DNA from: an uncultured Planctomycetaceae bacterium
GTDB lineage: Bacteria > Planctomycetota > Planctomycetia > Pirellulales > Lacipirellulaceae
DNA length: 24,000 nt
Direction of reading: 5' to 3'
Assembly: GCA_937925545.1 (NCBI GenBank)
Contig: CALALR010000040.1
Coordinates: 125,258 to 149,257 of the forward strand
Under the pieces are notes generated by a model. The model saw only the letters and a program-made list of their open reading frames with translations, had not been told where the DNA came from and searched no databases. The position numbers and the translations under genes were made by a program. The number at the start of each line of letters is the position of its first letter. The first letter of the stretch is position 1. Positions 1-8,386 of this stretch are shown piece after piece.

Positions 1-2
1 CG

Positions 3-104
3 ATGCGCATCGAAGCAGTCCTGCGCGATGAGAATTTGTGCCATCTGCTGAGCGACGAGGGTCCTATCCTGGAAGCAGTTTATCAATCCCCGAAGTCTAG
101 GTAA
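3..104 (+). CDS. possible C-terminal tail of an upstream gene truncated by the window edge (…MRIEAVLRDENLCHLLSDEGPILEAVYQSPKSR*)
   Basis: Frame 3 is open from the left edge to a TAA at 102-104, just before the sulfatase start. Too short to assign a family. Confidence 0.25.
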   Translation: MRIEAVLRDENLCHLLSDEGPILEAVYQSPKSR

Positions 105-121
105 GTGGAGACGCGTGCTCA

Positions 122-1603
122 ATGAACCGTAGGAATTCTCATCTTAGTTATGTGATTTTGGTTTTAGGCTGCTTTACTCTATGCCCAATTCAGTTATCTC
201 GTGCAGATGAAGAGGGCAACGCGGAACTTCCCAACATCGTCATAATTTTCATCGACGACCTGGGATACGCCGATATTGGTCCGTTCGGGGCGAAGGATTA
301 TCCCACACCCAACTTGGATCGAATGGCACAGGAGGGCCGCATTTTCACGGATTTCGTTGCTGCAACCGCGGTCTGCTCGGCTTCCCGGGCAGCCCTGCTC
401 ACAGGATGTTATCCCGAGCGCGTGAGTATCCTGGGTGCATTGCACCCCAACGCGAAAATCGGCATCAATCCGGACGAGTTGACTTTGGCTGAGATCTGTA
501 AACAGCGCGGTTATGCGACTGCGATTTTCGGTAAATGGCATCTTGGCCATTTGCGACCGTTCTTGCCGCTACAACATGGGTTCGATGAGTATTTCGGTCT
601 CCCCTATTCCAATGACATGTGGCCCTTGCATCCAGAGTATGTTAATCTTCCTCCCGAGAAAGCAGATCGTAAGAAGGGTTTTCCTGACCTGCCGCTATTT
701 GACGGCAATCGCATTGCCGATGAAGAGGTAACTGCTGCAGATCAAGCCCAACTGACGACCCTCTATACCGAGCGAGCAGTCAGTTTTATCGATCGCAATG
801 CGGAGCATCCATTTTTTCTCTACGTTCCGCACACCATGGTGCACGTGCCATTGTTCGTATCAGAGAAGTTTGCCGGCAAGAGTGGTGCAGGCCTCTTCGG
901 CGACGTTGTGATGGAAGTTGACTGGTCTGTGGGACAAATTCTCGACGCCATATCGCGGAACAAGCTCGACGAGAAAACGCTGGTGATTTTTACCTCCGAT
1001 AATGGACCTTGGCTGAATTATGGCAATCACGCCGGTTCAGCCAAACCTCTTCGCGAGGGAAAGGGGACCATGTTCGAGGGAGGTTATCGAGAGCCGTGCG
1101 TCATGCGTTGGACCAGCATGATTCCTGCAGGGACTCAATGTGACGAGCTGGCATCGACCATCGATCTTGTGCCCACGATTGCCGAACTGATCGGCGTCGA
1201 ATTTCCCGACGAACGCGTTATTGATGGCAAGAACATTTGGCCGCTAATCTCCGGCGAACCAGATGCGAAAAGTCCCCATGACATTTTTTATTGTTACTAC
1301 GGAGGAGAACTCCACGCGGTCCGTGACCGCCGCTGGAAACTGCATTTCCCCCATGGCTACCGAACTCTGGCAGGTAAACCGGGCGGCAAGGACGGAACAC
1401 CCGTGCCCTATAGCCACCAGAAAACAGGCTTAGAGTTGTACGATTTGAAGCGTGATGTGGGTGAGACACGCAACGTTGTCCGCCAGCATCCTGACATCGC
1501 CACCCGTTTAACCAAAGGTGCCGAGACAGCCCGTGCTGCCCTCGGTGACAAACTGACCAATCGCGAAGGTGCAGAAATCCGCCCGGCTGGAATGAGTGAA
1601 TAG
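122..1603 (+). CDS. sulfatase / arylsulfatase family protein, probably exported
   Basis: 493 aa; N-terminal hydrophobic signal-like segment; metal-binding motif 'NIVIIFIDDLGYADIGPFG'; formylglycine-type motif 'CSASRAALLTGCYPERVSI'; 'GKWHLGHL'; 'VIFTSDNGPWLNYG…GKGTMFEGGYREPCVMRW'. Confidence 0.95.
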   Translation: MNRRNSHLSYVILVLGCFTLCPIQLSRADEEGNAELPNIVIIFIDDLGYADIGPFGAKDYPTPNLDRMAQEGRIFTDFVAATAVCSASRAALLTGCYPERVSILGALHPNAKIGINPDELTLAEICKQRGYATAIFGKWHLGHLRPFLPLQHGFDEYFGLPYSNDMWPLHPEYVNLPPEKADRKKGFPDLPLFDGNRIADEEVTAADQAQLTTLYTERAVSFIDRNAEHPFFLYVPHTMVHVPLFVSEKFAGKSGAGLFGDVVMEVDWSVGQILDAISRNKLDEKTLVIFTSDNGPWLNYGNHAGSAKPLREGKGTMFEGGYREPCVMRWTSMIPAGTQCDELASTIDLVPTIAELIGVEFPDERVIDGKNIWPLISGEPDAKSPHDIFYCYYGGELHAVRDRRWKLHFPHGYRTLAGKPGGKDGTPVPYSHQKTGLELYDLKRDVGETRNVVRQHPDIATRLTKGAETARAALGDKLTNREGAEIRPAGMSE

Positions 1604-1629
1604 AGTATTTTTTGCACTGCGAAAACTCG

Positions 1630-2913
1630 TTATGTTACTCGCTCCAAAATCAAAGGCCCGACGGTGGGTTTTTCATCAGCAATCTCAATCGCCGCGAGCA
1701 GCATCGCTCGTCCTTCGTCGGCGACGTCTGTCGGGGCAAATAGCCGAGCAAGTGGTTGATTCGTTTCGACCTGATCGCCAAGCCGGACCAGCATTTCGAA
1801 TCCCGTTGAGAGGTCCAATTCGTCTCCCAGTTGCTTGCGACCACCCCGCATGGCGATGACTGCCTGGCCGAGTTTCTCGGCGTTCATAGATGCCACGAAG
1901 CCGCTACGTTCGGCTGGCACATCGCTTGCCGGTGAGACCTTGCGTGGTACGTCCAAGTTTCCGCCTTGAGCGGCGACCATTTCGGCGAATTTCGCACGGG
2001 CCGCCCCGGAGTCTATAGTCTCTTGCAACTTCTGACGGGCTAAGCTGAGGGAGTCCGCCCGCTTGGTGGAGACCAAAAGCTCTGCCCCCAGGGCAAGCGT
2101 CACTTCCATCAAATCAGCCGGGCCCTGGCCTTCCAACGCAGCCACCGATTCGTCCACTTCGACCGCGTTGCCCACCATGCGGCCAAGGGGTTGATTCATG
2201 TCTGTGAGCACTGCGGTAGTCGAGACGTTCATTCTCCGGCCTGTTGCGACCATCGACTCAGCCAGCTCGCGTGCAAGCTCGGCCGTTTTCATGAACGCTC
2301 CGCTGCCGAACTTTACGTCGAGCACCAAAGCCTCGAGCCCCTCGGCCAGCTTCTTGCTCATGATGCTCCCCGTGATGAGCGGAATCGAGGGGACCGTGGC
2401 GGTCACATCGCGCAAGGCATACAACTTACGATCGGCGGGGACAAGATCGGCAGTGGCCCCGCTGATCACGCAGCCTACTTTGTTCACGACAGAGCGCATC
2501 TCATCCATCGAGAGATCCGTGCGAAATCCCGGGATCGACTCAAGTTTATCGAGCGTGCCCCCTGTGGCACCCAATCCGCGACCCGAGATCATCGGCACCT
2601 GCAGATCGCAACAGGCCAACATAGGCGCAAGTGGCAGCGAGACTTTGTCGCCAATTCCCCCGGTCGAGTGCTTGTCGACTTTTGGCAGTCCGCCTGCGGG
2701 CCACTCAAAGCGGGCTCCCGACGCCAGCATGTTGTCCGTCAGAGCCGCAATTTCTGCAGTGGTCATGCCACGCAGATAAATTGCCATCGCCATGGCCGAC
2801 ATCTGATAGTCGGGTACATCTCCCCGCGCATAACCGGTAATAAAATCACCAATTTCAACCGGGCTAAGTTCCTCACCATCGCGTTTCTTGGCAATTGTCC
2901 AGACTGGGTTCAT
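1630..2913 (-). CDS. deoA: pyrimidine-nucleoside / thymidine phosphorylase
   Basis: 427 aa; 'VDKHSTGGIGDKVSLPLAPMLA', 'ISGRGLGATGGTLDKLESIPGF', 'MSKKLAEGLEALVLDVKFGSGAFM'. Confidence 0.93.
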   Translation of the reverse strand: MNPVWTIAKKRDGEELSPVEIGDFITGYARGDVPDYQMSAMAMAIYLRGMTTAEIAALTDNMLASGARFEWPAGGLPKVDKHSTGGIGDKVSLPLAPMLACCDLQVPMISGRGLGATGGTLDKLESIPGFRTDLSMDEMRSVVNKVGCVISGATADLVPADRKLYALRDVTATVPSIPLITGSIMSKKLAEGLEALVLDVKFGSGAFMKTAELARELAESMVATGRRMNVSTTAVLTDMNQPLGRMVGNAVEVDESVAALEGQGPADLMEVTLALGAELLVSTKRADSLSLARQKLQETIDSGAARAKFAEMVAAQGGNLDVPRKVSPASDVPAERSGFVASMNAEKLGQAVIAMRGGRKQLGDELDLSTGFEMLVRLGDQVETNQPLARLFAPTDVADEGRAMLLAAIEIADEKPTVGPLILERVT

Positions 2914-2933
2914 AACAAACTTGAGGCTAGAGG

Positions 2934-3758
2934 TTAATCGAGTGATGCAACAACTGCTTGCACAATCCGGGTCACTTTCTCCGTGGCCAACTTTGCCGCA
3001 ACGATCACGTCGTGCCCACTGGTTCCGTTGGGTGCATCCGGCGAGCCGACGTTGGTGATGGTGGACAAACCCAAAACGCGCATGCCGGCGTGGCAGGCAG
3101 CGATTACTTCGGGCACTGTGGACATGCCAACGGCGTCGGCCCCCAGATGACGAGCCATGCGATATTCAGCACGTGTCTCGTAAGTCGGCCCCAGCATGGC
3201 CAGGTACACACCTCGATGCAACACAAAATCTGCACGACGTGCCACCTCAATGGCGATCTCCATGAGTACGCGATCATAAGGAGAAGACATGTCAGGAAAA
3301 CGGGGTCCCAGGTTGTCGTCATTGACGCCGATGAGCGGATTGTCGAACAGCAGGTTCATATGATCGTCGATCACCATGACATCCCCTACGGCATATCTTG
3401 GATTCACCCCACCGGCGGCATTCGAAACGATCAAGGTGTCGGCACCCAAGGCACGGGTAAGCCTCGCGGGAAGGGCTGCTTGCTGAGCACTGTAGCCTTC
3501 ATACAAATGAAATCGACCTTGAAATGCGATCACAGGTACATCCGACAAGCGGCCACAAGTGAGATGTCCCTTGTGCCCCAAAGCCGTCGTGCGGGGAAAG
3601 TGGGGAATATCGCTGTATTCAATCGTGTGCTCGACGGCAATTTCGTCAGCCAGACCTGCCAAGCCGGAACCAAGCATGATTCCAGCACGGGGCGTGACAT
3701 CCCAAAAATGGCGGACAGCGGCGGCAGCAGCAGTGATTTGTTGGGCTACTTCTTGCAT
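2934..3758 (-). CDS. punA: purine-nucleoside phosphorylase (trimeric PNP/MTAP superfamily), canonical paralog
   Basis: 274 aa; 'GIMLGSGLAGLAD', 'FQGRFHLYEGY', 'LIVSNAAGGVNP', 'LGPTYETRAEYR', 'GADAVGMSTVPEVIAACHAGMRVLGLSTITN', with a His retained at the human His257-equivalent position. Confidence 0.92.
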   Translation of the reverse strand: MQEVAQQITAAAAAVRHFWDVTPRAGIMLGSGLAGLADEIAVEHTIEYSDIPHFPRTTALGHKGHLTCGRLSDVPVIAFQGRFHLYEGYSAQQAALPARLTRALGADTLIVSNAAGGVNPRYAVGDVMVIDDHMNLLFDNPLIGVNDDNLGPRFPDMSSPYDRVLMEIAIEVARRADFVLHRGVYLAMLGPTYETRAEYRMARHLGADAVGMSTVPEVIAACHAGMRVLGLSTITNVGSPDAPNGTSGHDVIVAAKLATEKVTRIVQAVVASLD

Positions 3759-3761
3759 CGC

Positions 3762-4598
3762 CTATTTGCCCTTCGACCGTTCATGAGCCAAGATTCCCAG
3801 CACGAGGGCACGCAGTTTGGGCTCGGCAGAGTTGGCCACAGCGATGATCTCTTCGACATTTGCGGGCTCGAGGCAGTCGGGTAAACACATGTCGGTTACC
3901 ACCGACAGGCCGAACACCCGCATGCCACTATGTACGGCGACGATTACCTCTGGCACGGTCGACATTCCGACGACGTCGGCACCGATTTGCCGCAGAAATC
4001 GATATTCGGCCCGAGTTTCCAGATTCGGCCCGGTCACTGCCACCATCACCCCGCGTTGCACGGGGAAATCTTCCCGACGGGCAATCGCTTGGCCGGCGGC
4101 AATTAATTCAGGTGTGTAAGGTGCGCTCATGTCGGGAAATCTAGATCCCAGACGGTCGTCGTTGATACCGACCAAAGGATTGTCACCCATGAGGTTGATC
4201 TGATCGTCGATGATCATCACATCGCCAGGAACGTAATAAGGATTCAATCCCCCCACGGCATGCGTCACAATCAACAGGTCTGAACCCAGCGACTTCATCA
4301 CTCGCACGGGTAGCGTGATCTGTTGGAGGGGATAGCCTTCGTACTGATGAAAGCGGCCCTCCATCGCCATGACGGGGAGTCCTTCTAACATGCCGCAAAC
4401 CAGACGTCCCCGGTGACTGACTGCTGTTGAGCGGGGAAAGTGGGGGATTTTTTCATAATCAATCACCACCGCTTTTTCAATTCGATCGGCAAACCCACCC
4501 AGCCCCGTGCCCAGGATTATCCCCGCACGCGGAGTCAGGTCCCATTGCTCCCGAATCGCCTCAGCTGCCGCTTGGGCCTGATCGTATAGTTCTAACAT
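3762..4598 (-). CDS. purine-nucleoside phosphorylase family protein, divergent paralog with an N-to-D switch at the base-recognition site
   Basis: The ORF track starts at 4646, but the start aligning with paralogs is MLELYDQAQAA at 4598. 'GIILGTGLGGFAD', 'EGRFHQYEGYP', 'LIVTHAVGGLNP', 'TGPNLETRAEYR', 'GMSTVPEVIVAVHSGMRVFGLSVVTD'. Confidence 0.9.
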   Translation of the reverse strand: MLELYDQAQAAAEAIREQWDLTPRAGIILGTGLGGFADRIEKAVVIDYEKIPHFPRSTAVSHRGRLVCGMLEGLPVMAMEGRFHQYEGYPLQQITLPVRVMKSLGSDLLIVTHAVGGLNPYYVPGDVMIIDDQINLMGDNPLVGINDDRLGSRFPDMSAPYTPELIAAGQAIARREDFPVQRGVMVAVTGPNLETRAEYRFLRQIGADVVGMSTVPEVIVAVHSGMRVFGLSVVTDMCLPDCLEPANVEEIIAVANSAEPKLRALVLGILAHERSKGK

Positions 4599-4649
4599 GT
4601 TGTAAATATCATTCTGATAGAAACAATGTGATGTAATTAAAAGCAAACG

Positions 4650-4703
4650 AAGTGCGAGACCAAAATTGGTGGGTAAGTGAATAGGTCAGGTCTCGTCTCA
4701 CTT
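4650..4703 (-). terminator. bulged inverted repeat just downstream of deoC, with a T-rich tail on the minus strand; possible terminator or attenuator
   Basis: AAGTG+CGAGACC (4650-4661) pairs with GGTCTCG+(TCT bulge)+CACTT (4689-4703). On the minus strand it is followed by TCGTTTGCTTTTAATT. The loop is long (about 27 nt), so support is moderate. Confidence 0.3.
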
Positions 4704-4716
4704 GCTCACCCTCCAC

Positions 4717-5439
4717 CTAATACCCAGTCGAACTTTCGGCTTGGTGACCCCGTTCTCCTTGGGCAATGGCCAGGGTGCCGCTGGTACCTAAGCGACTGGC
4801 TCCTAATTCTACGAATCGCCGTGCATCGGCATAATTTCGAATCCCGCCAGAGGCCTTCACCTGTACTTTGTCACTCGTATGCTGGCACATCAGACGAATG
4901 TCATGCTCGGTGGCACCTGTCGCCTGGAGTGATCCATCCGCATTCTTTACAAAGCCAAAACCGGTGGACGTCTTCACAAAAGCTGCTCCTACTTCTTCGC
5001 AAATCTCACACAACTTGATTTTGAGTGCATCCTCGGGGAGCAGTCCTGTTTCGAAGATGACCTTGGTAATCACTCCTTCGGCAGATGCTGCTTCTACCAC
5101 TGCGGAGATGTCGGATTTCACAAAGGCCCAATCCTGCTGCAGTACCCGACCGATGTTGACGACCATATCAACTTCGCTGGCGCCCAACTGACAGGCGATC
5201 TCCGTTTCGCGAACTTTCGCACCGGTCATAGTTCCCCCGTGCGGAAAACCGATCACCGTGCTCGGAACAACGCTCGAACCAGCGAGCAATTCACTCGCTA
5301 GGGGAACCATCGCTGGCTTGACGCAAACGCTTGCCGTTCCTACCTCGATACACATCGAGCAGGCTTCTCGGAGATCTTCATCGGTTTGTGTTGGACTCAA
5401 CACGGCATGGTCAATTAGGGCGACAACTGATTGAGACAT
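4717..5439 (-). CDS. deoC: deoxyribose-phosphate aldolase
   Basis: 'VSTVIGFPHGG', 'EIACQLGASEVDMVVNIG', 'KVIFETGLL', 'FVKTSTGFG', 'QVKASGGIRNYADARRFVELGASRLGTSG'. Likely start is MSQSVVALIDHAVL at 5439 (ORF track start 5466). Confidence 0.95.
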   Translation of the reverse strand: MSQSVVALIDHAVLSPTQTDEDLREACSMCIEVGTASVCVKPAMVPLASELLAGSSVVPSTVIGFPHGGTMTGAKVRETEIACQLGASEVDMVVNIGRVLQQDWAFVKSDISAVVEAASAEGVITKVIFETGLLPEDALKIKLCEICEEVGAAFVKTSTGFGFVKNADGSLQATGATEHDIRLMCQHTSDKVQVKASGGIRNYADARRFVELGASRLGTSGTLAIAQGERGHQAESSTGY

Positions 5440-5561
5440 TTTGGATTCTCGAGGAACAAAGGACAATTAATGAAGCGATCCGCTTCGCCTCGAAGGGCTC
5501 GACGTCGCGTCGCGGCTAACAATTACTCCCGACTACGGGCAACTGACCACGGACTATAATC

Positions 5562-6335
5562 TTAATATCTAAAGTGCTTAATCTTTTCGCCTTTTTCACC
5601 GATCTCGGTGAGAGATTCGATGCCAATTTCCAAGTGAACGTCAGACCATTTCGTATCGACTTTAACATCGCTTACCTGGGTCTTAATGCCATGTTCGGAC
5701 ATTGGCAAATCCGACACGAGCAACAATGCTCCTCGGGATATTTCGTTCTTATGGCCCACAATAAAAAGTGTAGCGACTTCCATGTCGATTGCGATGGGTG
5801 TGTACTCCACGAGCCTGGCCTTGAAGTTTTCATCATGCTCCCAGACTCGTCGGTTCGTGGTGTAAATCACCCCTGTGCGATAATCAAGTTTGCGCTCCAC
5901 TAGTTTGTCTGACACAAACTTATGTAACTTGAATGATGGTAGGGCAGGGACCAGCTTTGGCAGATAGTCGTCGGAAGTTCCCTCACCTCGTATCGCACCA
6001 ATCGGCAGAATGAAATTGCCGATTTCAGTGGAGGTCTTGAGCCCACCACATTTGCCAAGAAACAACACCGCCTCGGGATGATAGGCCGTAAGTAAGTCCA
6101 TCACAGTCGCTGCATTTGGCGAACCAATGCCAAAATTGACGATTGTCAATCCATCTTCATTTGTCGCCGCCTGCATGGGGCGGTCTTCACCGTGCACTTC
6201 ACAATCAAATTTCTTAGCGAACTTGCTTACATAGGTACGGAAATTTGTCAGCAAGACATAATCACCAAACTTTTCGAGAGGCATCCCGGTGTAACGGGGG
6301 AGCCAATCTCTCGCGAGATCTAGTTTCGTGACCAT
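5562..6335 (-). CDS. amn: AMP nucleosidase, short single-domain form
   Basis: 257 aa; 'TIVNFGIGSPNAATVMDLL', 'PEAVLFLGKCGGLK', 'GNFILPIGAIRGEGTSDDY', 'IAIDMEVATLF', 'ALLLVSDLPM'; nucleoside phosphorylase superfamily, similar to the C-terminal catalytic domain of AMP nucleosidases. Confidence 0.85.
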   Translation of the reverse strand: MVTKLDLARDWLPRYTGMPLEKFGDYVLLTNFRTYVSKFAKKFDCEVHGEDRPMQAATNEDGLTIVNFGIGSPNAATVMDLLTAYHPEAVLFLGKCGGLKTSTEIGNFILPIGAIRGEGTSDDYLPKLVPALPSFKLHKFVSDKLVERKLDYRTGVIYTTNRRVWEHDENFKARLVEYTPIAIDMEVATLFIVGHKNEISRGALLLVSDLPMSEHGIKTQVSDVKVDTKWSDVHLEIGIESLTEIGEKGEKIKHFRY

Positions 6336-6374
6336 TTTTATGCTGAATCCTTCCTGTTTCTCACTGCGGGATTT

Positions 6375-6857
6375 TTAGTAGGCTATTTTTTCCGGGCTTG
6401 CTTGCCACAAGGCAAATAATTCACGGCATTCTTCCAGCAACAAACCATCGATCAATCTAACGTGGCTGCCACCAATCCGCAGTAGCTCAGCTGCAGGCAT
6501 CTGAAGCTCGTTGAAGCCAGCAGTGTCGGCGTCAGCAATCGTGGCTCCATAGTACACGGTTCCCACGCGGGCCCAATGCAGAGCGGCCATGCACATCGGA
6601 CAAGGTTCGCAGGTGGTCGCTACAATGGCATCAGTCAGAAAAATATTATCGATCGTCTTGCAGCCAACTCGAATAGCATTTACTTCGGCATGAGCGGTGA
6701 TGTCCGTAGTCATGACGACCGTGTTATGTGCCCGCGCGATAACCTCGTCGCCGATAGCAATTGCACAACCAAAAGGACTCTGGCCGTGTGCAATTCCTTC
6801 ACGACAGGTGTCGATGGCAATTCGCATCAATTCAGCGGGTTCGATCATGGTTTGCAC
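6375..6857 (-). CDS. nucleoside / guanine deaminase-like protein (CMP/dCMP deaminase zinc-binding family)
   Basis: 160 aa; zinc motifs 'HAEVNAI' and 'PCPMCMAALHWARVGTVYYG'; 'DADTAGFNEL'. Substrate not assignable by sequence reading; placed in a salvage cluster. Confidence 0.88.
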   Translation of the reverse strand: MQTMIEPAELMRIAIDTCREGIAHGQSPFGCAIAIGDEVIARAHNTVVMTTDITAHAEVNAIRVGCKTIDNIFLTDAIVATTCEPCPMCMAALHWARVGTVYYGATIADADTAGFNELQMPAAELLRIGGSHVRLIDGLLLEECRELFALWQASPEKIAY

Positions 6858-7010
6858 AATAATCTGGAAGGATGATATAACTCCGTTGTCTACTCGTGAC
6901 AGGAGGGCGATACATCTAGATTAGCAGAGTTGGCAATGCGTCGCCTAGCGAAAATCCTTAACGGCATAGGTAGCTTCCGCAATTATTGGGTAAATCTCCA
7001 AGCGACTTTA

Positions 7011-7415
7011 TCAAAAATCGTCCGCAACTTTCCCTTCGGCGATGGCATAGGCCGTCGCATGGCTGCGGCAGTGGGAAATGCTGATATGCATTTTTACGAT
7101 GCCAGACTTCTCGAATACTTCGCGTGCTCCCCCACAAAGCGCGATCGTGGGCGCACCACCAGGCTGGTTGCGGATTTCAATATCTCTCCAACTAATTCCG
7201 CGACGCCATCCCGTGCCAAGCGCTTTGAGTACTGCTTCCTTCGCAGCCCACCGACCTGCGTAGTGCTGTGTTGCCGCCTTCTTAGTAGAGCAGTAGGCAA
7301 TCTCGTGGGACGTATAGACACGGTTGATAAACAACTCGCCATGGCGCTCGATCATTTGCGCTATTCGCAAGCACTCAATGATGTCTGTGCCGATGCCTAA
7401 GATTTGAAGTGCCAC
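7011..7415 (-). CDS. acpS: holo-[acyl-carrier-protein] synthase
   Basis: 'ILGIGTDIIE', 'RVYTSHEIAYC', 'HYAGRWAAKEAVLKALGTG', 'ISISHCRSHATAYAIAE'. GTG at 7415 fits the conserved N-terminus and lies 2 nt after the trpS stop; the ATG at 7439 overlaps trpS. Confidence 0.9.
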   Translation of the reverse strand: MALQILGIGTDIIECLRIAQMIERHGELFINRVYTSHEIAYCSTKKAATQHYAGRWAAKEAVLKALGTGWRRGISWRDIEIRNQPGGAPTIALCGGAREVFEKSGIVKMHISISHCRSHATAYAIAEGKVADDF

Positions 7416-7417
7416 GG

Positions 7418-8386
7418 CTAATATCCCTTGAGTCCACAAGCTTCTTGGGCACGCGAAAGGACCTCGGCTGCTTTCCGTCGGGCTGTCGTTGCACCCTTGG
7501 TAAGGATGTCTCTCACATCATCGGGTCGTTGCTGCCAATCATTGCGTCGTGAACGTGCCTCAGCAAAAAAGTTTTCCGCGGCTTCGGCGAGCTTTTTCTT
7601 TACGTCTCCGTAACCAAAACCGCCGCGTTGGTAAAGAGCTGCCAGCTCTTCACGATCACTTTCAGTTGCTACTAGTGAATAGAGCTGATATAGGACGTCG
7701 CTCTGAGGCTCTTTAGGTTCATCCATCGGGCGCGAGTCTGTGGCGATTCGCATGATCTGCTTCTTTTGCACTTTGGCGTCTTCGAATACTGCTAAGGTGT
7801 TGTTGTAACTCTTCGACATCTTTTCGCCATCAGTCCCTGGGACTCGAGCAGAACTGTCGAGCACCTTGGCCTTGGGCAGTACGAAAACTTCTCCGAAGTG
7901 ATGGTTGAAACTACCTGCGATGTCACGGCATACTTCGATATGTTGCACTTGATCTTCACCGACCGGCACAGTATCGCTGTCGTAAGCTAGAATGTCTGCA
8001 GCCTGCAATACCGGATAGGCGAACAACCCTGCGTCGGCAGTGAGCCCCTTGGCCTTCTTGTCCTTGTAGGCGTGGCAGCGTTCCAAAAGTCCCATCGGAG
8101 TGCCGGTCATGAGCAGCCAGCACAGCTCACTCACCTCAGGCACAGCCGATTGCACAAACAAGACAGCCTGATTGGGATCAAGTCCCAAAGCCAGTAAATC
8201 CATAGCCGCATCCAGTGAGTACTGGGCAAGCAATTGTTTGTCGCGCACCGTCGTCAAGGCATGCAAATTGGCAATGAAATAGTAAGCCTGATCCGCGTCC
8301 TGCAAGGCAATGTATTGCACAATTGCACCGAAATAATTTCCCCAATGGGGACGACCGGTAGGCTGGATTCCGCTCAAAACGCGCAT
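7418..8386 (-). CDS. trpS: tryptophanyl-tRNA synthetase
   Basis: '[22 protein letters not shown]' (HIGH-like region), '[28 protein letters not shown]', 'KMSKSYNN' (KMSKS). Confidence 0.97.
   Translation of the reverse strand: MRVLSGIQPTGRPHWGNYFGAIVQYIALQDADQAYYFIANLHALTTVRDKQLLAQYSLDAAMDLLALGLDPNQAVLFVQSAVPEVSELCWLLMTGTPMGLLERCHAYKDKKAKGLTADAGLFAYPVLQAADILAYDSDTVPVGEDQVQHIEVCRDIAGSFNHHFGEVFVLPKAKVLDSSARVPGTDGEKMSKSYNNTLAVFEDAKVQKKQIMRIATDSRPMDEPKEPQSDVLYQLYSLVATESDREELAALYQRGGFGYGDVKKKLAEAAENFFAEARSRRNDWQQRPDDVRDILTKGATTARRKAAEVLSRAQEACGLKGY

Noticed and set aside
2191-2937. 248-aa plus-strand ORF antisense to deoA
   Set aside because: Mirror of a strongly supported deoA; no motif or plausible start context.
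2958-3884. 308-aa plus-strand ORF antisense to the PNP genes
   Set aside because: Product is low-complexity His/Gly/Arg-rich with no family signature and lies opposite well-supported PNP coding sequence; a shadow ORF from codon bias.
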